DNA of 64,000 nucleotides from Basidiobolus meristosporus CBS 931.73 (lineage: Eukaryota; Fungi; Basidiobolomycota). Within the stretch, counting starts at the first letter, position 1, and each line of letters opens with the position of its first letter. The notes below the pieces were generated by a model, which was not told the DNA's origin, made no database searches, and saw only the letters and a list, made by a program, of their open reading frames with translations. The stretch covers positions 56,016 through 120,015 of the forward strand of contig MCFE01000236.1 in the NCBI GenBank assembly GCA_002104905.1, given 5' to 3'. Positions 25,412 to 38,400 of the stretch are shown piece after piece. The translations under genes and the position numbers were made by a program.

Positions 25412-28276
25412 ATTTCCACTAATATCAGTAATGGGGGCTTTGAGGATTTATTGCTACTTCTTGCCAAAATCATACTGGGATGCAACTTACCATGTACATG
25501 GTACAAGTGGACAACTGTCATGTGGCTGGCAACATATAATCCAGAGACTGTCCTGATTCCAGCATGTGTTAACAGTTGCATGGCATTCACATCCAAAAAT
25601 GCTACCATTGCAACATGTCCAAATTATCAGGAATCCACCACCATTGAGGGAAAACATCATTCACACTCCAGATATATTCCAGTCATACCCTGTCTGAGGA
25701 GGCTGATGCAGTCCAACAAATATTGCAAAGCTATACAGTACCACACTCAGTATCAATCAAGCACAAACATATCCAATATATTTGATGGCAAACATTACAA
25801 ATAGCTAAGAAGCAAGGGCTACTTTGAAGGTATGTATGACCAGGACTTTGCTTTAGCACTTGATGGATTCTCATTAAACAAGTACTCTACCAGCAAATCC
25901 TGCTGGCCACTGATTCTCATCAATCTGAATCTGCCGCCCATCTTATGGTATCAGAGCAATAATATGATGGTAGTCTCACTGGTATCTGGGCCTAAATCAC
26001 CATCCAACCTGGATAGCTACCTGTATCCATTGCTGAGTGAATTTTGTATGCTTTCCAGCAGGATAACAGTAAATGGCCATCATGTAAAAGCGCATATTAT
26101 TATCTGCATTGGAAATACCCCAGCCATCAGCAAGATAGCAGGTTTTTCTGGGCACAATGGACGGTATTGCTGTCAAATGTGTGAGATCCAGGGGATTTAC
26201 TCCATAACTCACACACATTATTATTACCCAAACACCAGCACTAAGAACATCATCTTTCCACAGAGAACACATACAGAAGTAAGCATGCAATTGCAGCAAA
26301 GTTGGCAAGCTATAAGCCATTGGCCGGAATAAGGCATCAATCAGAAACCAGAGATACTTAAGATAGAGGGTATCTGTTGGAGCAAAAGCTTTCCACTGCA
26401 AACAATGCATTTGCTTTTTAACAATATCCCTATACTGATGACCAAGTTGTACATGGGGCATTTCAAGCTAAATGAGCCCTTTGAGATACCAGAGAAATTT
26501 GAAAAAAATGGCAAGATATTACAGAGTATCTGCTACCCTAAGTACTTCTCACAGGCTCCAATTAATATTCAAATGCATATGCAACAATACAAATGCAAAG
26601 ACTGGATGAACTGGATATGTATTTATTCAAGTGGTATTCTGCAGCCATTCCTACCAAGAGTACATTGGAAGCATTGGGAGTCATATGTGGACAATGTAGG
26701 AATATTTATCCAGAAGCAGATCACCAATGCCAACTTGATGCATCTACAGCTGTTGTGTGAGGAGTTTGTGACGGGATTTGAGCGGCTATACTACAAACGT
26801 AAAGCTGAACGTGTAGATCTCTGCTGCTACTGTATCCATTCTCTACTCCATCTTGCATGGTGTGTGGAGAATATTAGGCCTTGCTTCACCTTTTGGGAGT
26901 TTCCTATGGAGCAGATGTGTGGGGAGATAGGAAGTCAAGTCAAGTTGCAGGTACTACCATATCCCAATCTCATCAAGAATATTACCTTCAAGTCTGTCAT
27001 GGATGTGATGAGTTGGCACATGGAGGACAGCTAGAAAGAGTTGGAAAATACTGAGGACAAATGTGCACATGGAGACACCTATGCCAACGACATTAAGAAG
27101 CTAAGCAGCCCCAATGCATGGGTAATCAGTTAAGTAATGCAAAGTTGGGTTGGGTGCAACAAGCAACTAATTTTTATCAGGAAAACTCCACCAAGATATG
27201 CTGGATTTCTTGTGGCCACAAGCCAACTTCTACACCATTCAATATGGAATTCACACAAACAAATGCCAGAGCACACCTATAAGGGGGACTAGAATCCAGC
27301 AGGGAGAAGGAATATATTGGCTAAATACCAAGAAGTTCTTTGCCAATATTCAGGAGGTATTCATGGCAGAAGAGGCAACAACCAAGCATATGTCTGCAGG
27401 ATGTATATGCTACCAGCAGTACAAGGTATATGGCAACTTTGCAAGTATCACACTAAAAAGCCATAAAGTTAAGGTGATAGAAGTATGTCAATTGCGGCAG
27501 GTGTGTGCATTTGTAGAGGTTAGTTAGCAGGAGGCCATAGTTTTTTTGATTTGAACTATATGTGGAATACCCAAGGTAGTAGTGGGTAAGCAAATAAAGA
27601 AAGGTGATACTACAGTGGAATATATGAATAGCACAAGGGGAGGTAGAAAAAGGAAATACCATTTGGTAAATTGGTACAGCGGCATTATACAGAACCAGCA
27701 GCAGGCCATCATACTGCCAAGAAAAAGCCATCAGAGTCTTGCTGTGAGGCCGTCAAAATACTGTCAAGTTTCTTGCCATATAAGGCAATTGGAAGTCCTG
27801 GCCAACTGGATCCACTTAAAATAGTAGTAGAGCGCTGAAAGACCACAACAATAACATGCAAATATTGTCACAGCACCAATCAAAAGTTGTCAAGTTTTAT
27901 TCCTTTATTTGGCTGTAAAATTTGCAAAACACCATCATGATCTTGTTATAAGATTGTCAGGAGGGTCACTAATTCCAAGCTACTGTTATTATGATGGTCT
28001 CTGAACAGGATCTTGACGGATGATTTGGATTGGATCCACCTGCGGGACCAAATTATTTTTCATAGGGATAATGTAAAAGTCAAATTGCTAATTCAATACT
28101 CAAAAGCAAAAGCAGCAAAGAATGCCTGGAAGGCACTGGAAAACACCAATTGGTCATGGTCAGCTGCTACAAAAATGTATCTTAGACAAAAATCCTACTA
28201 CAAAGATGCTGCCAGGAGAAGAAATGCAAAATCTGATTAACTGAATTGCCCTGCTGGTGGATGAGATGGGATCTAT

Positions 28277-28375
28277 CCCTATGAAAAATTATTGTAATGA
28301 TCCCATCAAATGGCTGTCACAAATTAAAAGTCCCATGACTAAGAGTTATTGATCCCATCAGGACACCAGGCAAAG
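28277..28375 (+). mobile_element. CACTA-like left-end fragment inserted in the copia gag
   Basis: CCCTATGAAAAATTATTG...CATCAAATGGCTGTCACAAA matches 20852 onward. Confidence 0.8.
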
Positions 28376-31300
28376 TGTTGTAAAAGTTTGTAATTCCACC
28401 TAAATATTTGCCTAACTTGGTCACTTAGATCATTACCTTCATATCCTAGAGAATACTGAACAAATTCCTTGTTGGGATTTACTTGGAATATTTTCACCTA
28501 AATACCAGGTACCCAGAACATGAAAATTCTCAAAGTTGTCCAAACAGCCCCAAACTTTGCACACATGTTCTTGGAACCTTCCTTAACCTATTCTACATGT
28601 TTGTAATGCCAAGACCATGTAAGAGTATAAATATTACTTTTATATTCAATAAATCATTAAGTGAAAACCACATAATCTACTTGTCCTCCCAATCACTTCA
28701 AATATCTCCAAGACTCTTACAACAGGTTGTGAGCCCTAAGCTGTCACTTTCCACAATGTCTACTACTGTTATTACTGGAACTTCTCCCTCAGCTGAAAAG
28801 CTGGATGGATCTAATTACTTAGTGTGGAAGGTGAAGATGAAGATGCTGCTACAAGAAAGAGGCCTTTGGGATATTGTCATGGGAGAAGAATGCCCTCTTA
28901 AAAATGTGGGAGAGGAAGTCTTAAAGTACCAGAAGAAAGAACAAAGTGCCTTTACCTGCATTTGCCTTAATGCTCAAGACAAACTGCTAATTCAATGCCC
29001 AAAAGCAAAAATGGCAAAGAATGCCTGGAAGGCATTAGAAGACACCTTCCAGTCATGTTCAGCTGCTAAGAAAATGGATCTGAGACAAAAATTCTTTACT
29101 ACAAAGATGCTGCCTGAAGAAAAAATGAAAAATCTAATTAACAGAATTACCCTGCTGGTAGATGAAATGGAATCTGTGGGTGTACCAACTACTGATGAGG
29201 GTGTGATAATAACCATCCTGACTATCCTGACAGACAAGTTTCAGGGCCTTGTATCAGCCCTAGAGTCCAGAACTGAAGATTTGACCTTAAATTATGTACT
29301 TGGAAGGCTCCTGGATGAAGAATTAAGAAAATAAAGTGCCAATAAGAAGGAAGAAGAAAATGCCTTAATTAGCAATGATAACCAACAAAGGAGGTACCCA
29401 AGACCCTACAAAGACAACAGCAACCTGTTTTGCAACTATTGCAAAAGGAAAGGACACACATCAGACCAGTATATCAAAAAGAAAGATAATCAGCAAAAGA
29501 AGCCTGAATACAGAAATGCTGCAACAACTGAAGATAGACTATTCATATCTGCACTAAATGTGACCACAAACAAGGACTCTCAGATGTGGTATATTGACTC
29601 TGGAGCTTCTCAACACTTTACACACCAAAGGGAACTTTTTACCCAATATCAAGAAATTCCAATTCAGAAGGTTTTCATGGGTCACAATAGAACACTTGAT
29701 GCAGTGGGAGAAGGAACTATCCAAGTAAACCTTAGAATCAGTGAAGGAAGCCATACACTGACCTTTAAAGAAGTACTCTATGTACCAGAAATAGCCAAGT
29801 ACCTACTCTCTGTAAGCAAGGCCACAGCAGAAGGACTCAGTTTCAGTTTTGACAATTCTGTATGCAGGATCACTGATCAAAAGGGTGCTCATATTGCTTT
29901 GGGTATCAGAGATCAGAATCTATACAAGTTGACTTATATTCCATCATATATGAAAGCCAATATAAGTAACTCAAATGAAGAAACACCAATGCCTTTACAC
30001 AGAAGATTTGGAAACATCATTTTTGATTTTTTGCCCAAAATGATCCAAGATCAGCTAATTTCTGGAGTAAAGATTGATCCCCCAGCTAATTTGGAGCACT
30101 GTGAAGCCTGCATATATGGAAAACAAGCCAGACAACTGTTCAGGAGCTCTGGGTTAATCAAAACTATGATAAAATTAGATTTAATTCACTCAGATCTGTG
30201 TGGACCTATGCAAAATTTATCCTTAGGCAGAATGAAGTAATTAATCACTTTTATTGATGATCACACAATATACATGTGGGTCTACTTCATGGAGAGAAAG
30301 GAAGAAGCTCTGTCAAAGTTCAGGGGGTTCAAAGCCATGATGGAGAATTATAACAGAATACTTTGAGATTCTACTCCATTTGAAGCATGATATGGATACA
30401 GACTAAGTGCAGAACATCTAAGAATATTTGGGTGTACAGTATATGCCAAGAGACTGCCCAGAAATCATTCAAAATTTGAGCCAAAAAGTCTAAACTGCAT
30501 ATTTCTGGGTTACTTCAATGAGAGTAAAGCATACAGACTCTAAAATACCAAAGCAAAGAAGCTAATCAAGTCCAGGGATGTGTTGTTTGATGCAAATTCA
30601 AAATTTCCACAGAAATTTACATCAGATGATGACAAAAATCTGAACTCAAGTATACCAATTGTCAGGATTGAATCAGAGCAAAACAATGAGGATTTTTTAC
30701 TCCAGAGGACTCTTTAACCATGATTCAGCCTGAAGCAGTGCTTAGGAGTATCCTAGAAGTGATCATTTGAGTATCAAATGCCCAGAGATCCAACCAGACA
30801 GGAAATAGCCAAAATTACTATATCAATGAGGTTACAAACATAGCCTATGCCCATTCAAACCATATTGATGAGCCCCAGACTGTAAAAAAGGCCATAAGTA
30901 GCCCTCAGACAAAGTTTTGGAGATCTGCAATGACTGATGAATATCAGGCCCCAATTGAAAATCAAACTTGGGACTTGGTCAAATTACCAATCAACCAAAT
31001 ATCAATTTGATGCAGATGGGTCTTCAAGACAAAATACAAGGCTGATGGTATAATTGAAAGAAACAAAGCAAAATTGTGGCCAAAGGATACTCTCAAGCAA
31101 AAGGACTTGACTATACTGAGACCTTTGCACCAGTAGCCAAGTTTAATTCCATCAGATTAATATTGGCTATTGCACCCAAATATAAGTTTCTTATTCATCA
31201 AATGGATGTAAAAACTGTATTTTTCAATGAAGAACCTGATCAGTACATGTATATGAGCCAGCCTGATGGGTTTGTTGACCAGGATAACCCTTATTTGGTC

Positions 31301-32799
31301 TGCAAGCTTAAAAGTCTCTATATGGTCTCAAACAATCACCAAGAGCCTGGAATTGCAAGATAGATTCTTATTTGGAATCTCTGAGTTTCAAAAGGAGTAA
31401 TGCTGACTACAGTATTTTAAATAAACCAGATAGAACAAATCCAGCTCTTTTAGTTCTATATATGGATGATCTTAATATAGCCACCAATATTCTAGCAACA
31501 TTGGAAGAGACTAAATCCAGCCTATATCAGGAGTTCAAGATACCTGATCTAGGAGAACTCAGTTACTACTTAGGGATTGAGTTCTCCTTAGACAGAAGTA
31601 CCCAGACTATTACCCTAGGCCAATCCAAGTATATTCAAGATATACTAAGGAAGTACCAAATCAAAAACTGTAAACCAGCTGCTACCCCAATGGAGACAAA
31701 TCTTAACTTGGCCTAAGCTGAACCAAATCAAGAGAGCTAGGTGCCATCTGAAAGCCCTGACTTTCCTTACCAATCTATGGTTGGCAGTCTGATGTATATA
31801 ATGCTTGGAATACATCCAGATATGTCATATTTAGTGGGGGTTGTCAGCCAACATCATCAGAACTATGGATCTGATCATACTGCAGCAGTTAAGCAGGTTT
31901 TTAGATACCTAAAAGAAACTGCTGCTATCAGCTTAAGATAAACTTATAAGGATTCAGAACAGGATCTTGTGGGATACTCTGATGCAGATTGGGGACAAAA
32001 TTTGGAAGACAGAAGATCCACCACAGGATATACCTTACTTTACTGTAATGGAGCAATTTCATGGAATTCAAGAAAGCAACCAACCATAGCACTTTCAGCC
32101 ACAGAGGCAGAGTACATGGCAGCCTGTGAACCTACAAAAGAAGCAATGTGGTTAAGAAGGCTTTTTACTGATTTAGGCCTATGTCAAAAAACGCCCATTA
32201 CATTATTTCATGATAATCAAGGATATATACAATTAAGTAGAGATCCAACTTTTCATGCTAGAACTAAGCACATAGATACTAGACATCATTCCATACATGA
32301 AGCTATAGAGAATAACTTAGTTAGTTTAGCTTACTGTCCTTCAGATGAAATGATTGCAAACATATGTACCAAACCATCAGCTAGAGACAAGTTTGAATAT
32401 CTGAGGTCAAAATTAGGACTAGTCAGTATGAGCATTTAGCTGAGTGGGAGTATTGTAAATGTTTGTGATTCCACCTGAATACTCACTTAACTTAGTCACT
32501 TATATCATTACCTTCAAATCCTAGAGAACACTGACCAAATTCCTTGTCAGGATTTACTTAAAGTGTTTTTACCAAAACACCAGGTACTTAGAACATGAGA
32601 ATTTTCAAAGTTGTCCAAACCACCACAAACTTTGCACACATGTTGTTGGGACCTTCCTTAGCCTATTCTACATGTTTGCTATGCCAAGATCATGTAAAAG
32701 TATAAATACTACTTTTACATTCAATAAATCATTAGGTGAAAACCCCATAATCCACTTGCCCTCCCAATCACTTCCAATATCTCCAAGAATCTGACAGCA
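28376..32799 (+). mobile_element. Ty1/copia family 1, near full-length and defective; LTRs 28376-28724 and 32451-32799
   Basis: PBS GGTTGTGAGCCC, gag with CCHC remnant, protease WYIDSGASQH, GAG-pre-integrase, partial integrase, RT YAKGYSQ...HQMDVKT...LYMDD, RNase H GYSDADW...TKHID, PPT TGAGTGGGAG. No TSD. Confidence 0.92.
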
Positions 32800-33239
32800 C
32801 TTACATCCTGACTCAGCCATTTTTCTTACTTTTCATGCATACATATTGATTTATATCCATTGAAACTTCAGTTGTACCTCAATTGCCAATTGTATTGACC
32901 TATACAAGTCCACTATGAAAATTATTGTAACAATCTAGTTAAAAGGCCATCACAAAGTTAAAGTCCCATGACTAAGAGGTAGTGATCCTCTCAGGACACC
33001 ATCCAGACACTGTTGAAAATAATTGCACCCCAGATTTCACAAAAAACTTAGTCAAAATTTTTCATCACTACAATGTATAAGTGGCTTTTGATTGCTTCCC
33101 TGCCAATTTGCTCACTTTCTGATCCCAGACACTCTATCACCTCCTACACTTGTGTGTATTGATTGGCTATTGCCACTTTCTCACACTCCTTACTTCCTGA
33201 CTCAACTGTTTCCCTTCCTTTTCATGTGTACAAATTGAT

Positions 33240-35220
33240 TTATTTATGTTGAGACTTTAGTTGTACCTCAATTGCCAATTGTATTGACCTATACAAGTCC
33301 CTGTACCTTGCACTACCATTAACCCTAACCCAACACTCAACAAGTAACTCCATTAATATCCACCATTCAATACGTATTTCTGCTGTAACACTCTGGTTCC
33401 ACAACTTTGGAGGGAGCCTAATGGCTTTATGCCACTGCTCATTCACTGGTTCCCACACATCCTGGTCTTCAGCCAGCACTGCAAGGTCTAGCACCTCATA
33501 TGCCAGTCTTTGCAATAAATCCTGGCAATATTCAAGTAGGTTTTCTTGAGCACTGCTCATGAAGAAGTGCTGCAACCTCTTGGTGTGCCCATTAATGTTT
33601 CAAAACTCCACTGAAGGTGGCATGATAGTTTTTTGAGTTCTTGACCCTGTAGCTTGTTCTTTAGTGGGATCTCCACTCTGTCAACAATGGAGGATATGGA
33701 GGCTGTGGTAGACAAGTTGCCTTTTTCTACAAACTCATCTACCTTGCTGGAGTATAGCTCAGCTGTCTGCACTTCAAACTCTTGTGAAAAAAGCTGCTTT
33801 CTTGATGGTAACTCTTCTTGGCTATGAAGAGATTCAGTCTGCTCTGGGCTTGCGGCAATAATTGGCAAGAACTGCAATTTTTTGCATGCCTTGCTATCTC
33901 ATGCTTGGGTAGACATTTTCCCTTTAAATTTCCTTTATCATTGCCAGGTCTTCCACTGCTACTTTGTCTGAGTGCTTCTTGTAATGAAATACATCTTCTC
34001 CGGGATAAATTCTGCTCCAAAACATCTGTTTTGGCCTGCTTGTCCCTTGCTGGCACTCTTCTGGTAACCTGATGTTTCTTTTCTGCTTGTTTTGAGCTCT
34101 CAGCCATAGATATGACAAGCCCCTGTAAAAGCTGCTGGTTTTTATCACTTCCAGGTCCTTCACTGCTACTTTGACTGAGTGCTATTCCAGATATCTGATG
34201 TCTCTTTGACACTTGTCTGGAGTTTTTGGCCCAGCTTGTAATGGGTTCCTGAGGAAGCTGCTGGTTTTTAGCCATGGCACCCTTGTTCTTCTGCCATTGA
34301 TAGTTTCTGCTATTCTTAAGATACTCTCTTAGCATACCAATGCTGGCCAAAAATCTGTTTGCCTGTTTGAATCCAGGATAATGCTCATGGAACAAGTCAA
34401 GTGCATTCTGCTTGGCCTTGAGTTCCTGATGGTCCCATGGTAAGCTGTCCTTAAGGTGATGGTGTGCTACGATTCTCACAGCCTCTTATATATTAGCCCA
34501 CTCTACATTACTGCACTCAAAGACTTCATGGATCTTCAATGTCTTTTGATTCTTGGGCATTGGTATAAACATGACATTGTCTCCCTCCCATGTTATGATA
34601 GGTTTTTTGTGGGCTTTATCTTTGGGCAATGTTGTTGTACTTCAAGGACTGTATAGTGTTCCTCTGCTGTTACACTGGGAAATGGCTCAATTCTTGGCTA
34701 TGACGTTGAGCTGCTTGAGTTCCTTCTTTGCAGCAAAGCTACTGCTTTCTCTAGTAGGGATATTGATTGCTCTACATGTATTATCTGCTCATCCTGTTTC
34801 TGGAATATTTCCTGACTTATCTGAGCCATTGCATCTATCCTACCAGCCACTGAACCTAATTGCTTTATTAATGCTTTGGTATGAGCTGACAGCATACTTG
34901 TTAATATGGGTGTTGGTGATGCCATGATGGCCACTTGCTGGTCTTCAACTGAGGGTACTGTGTTTGCTACATTGTCATCTACCTGAGCATAATGGTCAGT
35001 TTGTGACTCTAAAGAGGTCCTCCATTGCCTACTTGACTGAGAGCCTGAGGAGTCCGCAATATTACCTTCAGTAGGCACACTGTCAACATGGCCTTTTGGA
35101 TGTATTCCTGCTTGTTCCACAGAATGTCAAAGCAAGCTGTTGTCCAACTGTTCCTCTGGTGCAGTTGGCAGTGAGGTTTGGTGAGGAACCAGACAACTTT
35201 GCTTTATTTTTTGGTGGCAT
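33240..35220 (-). pseudogene. ORF-B, copy 2
   Basis: MPPKNKAKLSG start at 35220. Track ORFs 34698..35120, 33739..34479, 33557..33877 and 33240..33575 are homologous to copy 1. Confidence 0.75.
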
Positions 35221-35442
35221 ATATATGGAAGTGAGCCAAACCAAAGGGGAAATAGTGCTACATACACATGTGTATGTGGTGCCACAACTTTATTTACAAT
35301 GCTTACTATGGTGGGTCATCATTGAATCTTAAATTCAAGAATGTTCAATGTTTCAAATACAGGACCGTCTTAGATTCACATGAATATTGACCAAAAGGTG
35401 ATACAATAGCGTTAAATTGTTGAAGGTCAAACTGTTTGCCCC

Positions 35443-38400
35443 ATAGGCAAGACCACTTTGACCCAATGCTGTAAGAGAAGAGAAAAAAGACCATGTGGCT
35501 ATTATAGCAAGCTGCTCAGCCATGAGGCATGCAGACAGCATAGGAAGTATTACAAGGATCACAGCCAGTGTTTTGCCACACAAGTCACATTTAACCATTC
35601 ATTGGTTACTACTGTGCCAACATTATCTTGCAGGCCAGTTAATACTTCTATATTAGCACCTGACTGTCTTTGTCACCTTGTGCAAAATGAGTCAGGTGAG
35701 TTTGAGATACCTTTAGGCTCACCTCAGCCTACTGAATATTGCACGCAGAGAGATAGTTCTGGCAAAGAAGGTTCACTGACGGATTGTAAGCCTATCTCCC
35801 CTAACAGCAGTACCATGTATGAGCCCAGTCAAATTCCAGTATGCAATGAGACAACACCCATTGAAACAAATGCTAAGGAGACCTTATAAAGCCAAGTGAG
35901 CCCAGTAATCCATATACTGCTGAATGATGTAATCCTCTGGCTAGAGAAGTGGCGCATTTCCACTAATATCAGTAATGGGGGCTTTGAGGATTTGTTACTA
36001 CTTCTTGCTTAAATCATTCTTGGATGCAACTTACCATGTACATGGTACAAGTGGACAACTTCCATGTGGCTGGCAACATATGATCCAGAGACTGTCCTGA
36101 TTCCAGCATGTGTTAACAGTTGCATGACATTCACATCCAAAAATGCTACCATTACAATGTGTCCAAATTGTCAGGATCCACCACCATTGAGGGAAAACAT
36201 TGTTCACACTCTGGATATATTCCAGTAATGCCCCATCTGAGGAAGCTGATGCAGTCCAACAAATATTGCAAAGCTATACAGTACCACACTCAGTATCAAT
36301 CAAGCACAAACATATCCAATATATTTGATGGCAAACATTACAAACAGCTAAGAAGCAAGGGCTACCCTGAAGGTATGTATAACCATGCCTTTGCTCTAGC
36401 ACTTGATGGATTCTCATTAAACAAGTACTCTACCAGCAAATCCTGCTGGCCACTGATTCTCATCAATTGGAGTCTGCCACCAATCTTATGGTATCAGAGC
36501 AATAATCTGACAGTAGTCTCACTGGTATCTGGGCCTAAATCACTGTCCAACCTGGATAGCTACCTTTATCCATTGCTGGAAGAATCTTGTATGCTTTCCA
36601 GCGGGATGACAGTAAATGGCCATCATGTAAAAGCACATATTATTATCTGAATTGGAAATACCCCAGCCATCAGCAAGGTAGCAGATTTTTCTGGGCACAA
36701 AGGACAGTATTACTGTCAAATGTGTGAGATCCAGGGGATCTACTCCATAACTCACACACATTATTATTACCCAAACATCAGCACTAAGAATATCATCACT
36801 TTACAGAGAGAACATACAGAAGTCAGCATGCAATTTTAGCAAAGTTGGTAAGCTATAAGCCATTAGCCGGAATATGCAATCAATTGGAAACCAAAGATAC
36901 TTAGGATAGAGGGTACTTGTTGGAGCAAAAGCTTTCCACTGGGTGCTATGCATTTGCTTTTGAGCAATATCCATATACTGATGACCAAGTTGTACATGGG
37001 GCATTTCAAGCTAAATGAGTCTTTCAATATAGCAGAGAAGTTTGAAAGAATTTGCAAGATATTAGAGAGTATTTGCTACCCCAGGTTCTTCTCATGAGCT
37101 CCAATAAATATTCATATGCATATGCTGTTGAAATATTGGACTATTTGGTATCATTCAGCAGCTAAAAATTTACCTAACAATTCTGGACTAGTCTTAGTCA
37201 CTGTTGGACTCATTTACTGCCTTAACTTTGCCACTTTCTCCAGATATATGATCTTATGATTATTCCCCTATAGTCAGGATCAAATTAGCACTATTACCAA
37301 ACATTATGTACTAGCCCTGAAACTGTTACAGAATGCTCCTGAATATTGAGAAACCCTCCCTACTTAGTGTTACAGCTGTATTACTTCTACAAAGGTATAA
37401 ATACTGAGCTTCTTTATGAATAAACAACAGTTCAACTATTATCACTATTTCTTGACAAGTCCTCTATATCCAAATCACTTCTTAAATTGCAACAGGTTAC
37501 GAGCCCCAATTGCCTTAATCTATTCTAAAGATGACTTCTACCAGCAAAGAAAGCAATACCAACATCTTCCCTGTAAAGGAGAGGTTTGATGGGAAGAACT
37601 ACAGACTTTGGAGAATCAAGATGCAGATCCACCTTGAGGAAAGAAAGCTTTGAAACAGAGTAACAGGAAAGGAAGTGGAGCCCAAAGGAACAGCAGAAGA
37701 TGTGGAGAAGTTTCAGGAGAAGAAGAGGAAGGCCTTCAATGCCATATGCATCAATGTGCAAGACTCCTTCATTGGACAAATCCATGCCTCAAATACTGCC
37801 AAAGAAGCCTGGGAATCCTTAGAGAAGATCTTTAGAGCAAAGTCAGTATCAAGCAAGCTTTATTTGAAATGAAAGTTCTTCAACATGAGGAAGAAGCCAG
37901 ATGATGACATGCTACAACTCATTACCAGAATGGAGACACTTGCAGAAGAACTTTACAGTATTAATGCTGGTGTAGATGATGAGGAAAAGATACTCTGTCT
38001 GCTTTGCAGCCTACCAGACAAGTGTGAGCCACTCATACTTTCTTTTGAAAGCAGAGAAGACAACTAGACTTTAGACTCTGTCAAAGGAAGACTTCTCCAT
38101 GAAGAACTCAGACGTAATGATTAAGCAGAGAAAATTGAAGATAATGCTCTATTCAGTTCAGAAAGGCACACAGAAAAGAAGGGAAAGTAACAAAACTGAA
38201 GAAAACCTGGCTGCTGTAACTACTGTAAAAAGCCAGGACACTGGGTAAGAGAATGCAAGAAGAAACAAGCAGACAAAAAACAGAAACTAGAGCAGGCAAA
38301 CCATATAATCACTGATGAACAGTTATTTGTAACTGAACAAGAGAGTGCAAGTAACCAAAGTAATGAATGGTATATTGACTCTGGAGCATCACAACATATT

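Larger units (their letters stand above)
23475..27824 (+). pseudogene. CACTA Tnp2 (Transposase_21-like) transposase, copy 1, interrupted by two solo LTRs
   Basis: FDGKHY, LALDGF, CWPLILINLNLPP, GPKSP...YLYPL, G(D/N)TPA, GHNG..CC..C, MHLLFNN, HSLLHLA...FWEFPMEQMCG (DUF4218-like). ATG at 23475. Confidence 0.88.
20852..28067 (+). mobile_element. CACTA/CMC-like DNA transposon, copy 1, both TIRs present
   Basis: Ends CCCTATGAAAAA and TTTTTCATAGGG. Contains a Tnp2-type transposase and a divergent second ORF. The host gag reading continues across the site. Confidence 0.88.
20261..28276 (+). mobile_element. Copia-1 5' remnant: LTR 20261-20604, PBS 20605-20616, gag split by a CACTA insertion (20617-20851 and 28068-28276)
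   Basis: TG...CA LTR and PBS GGCTAGGAGCCC. The gag EKLDGSNY*VWKVKMKMLLQERGLW...CICLN resumes as VKVKLLIQYSKAK after 28067. Confidence 0.85.

Noticed and set aside
32911-32925. CACTATG terminus resembling Transib/RAG CACWATG ends
   Set aside because: The associated transposase has Tnp2/DUF4218-type motifs, not RAG1/Transib motifs, and the variants point to ancestral CCCTACG.
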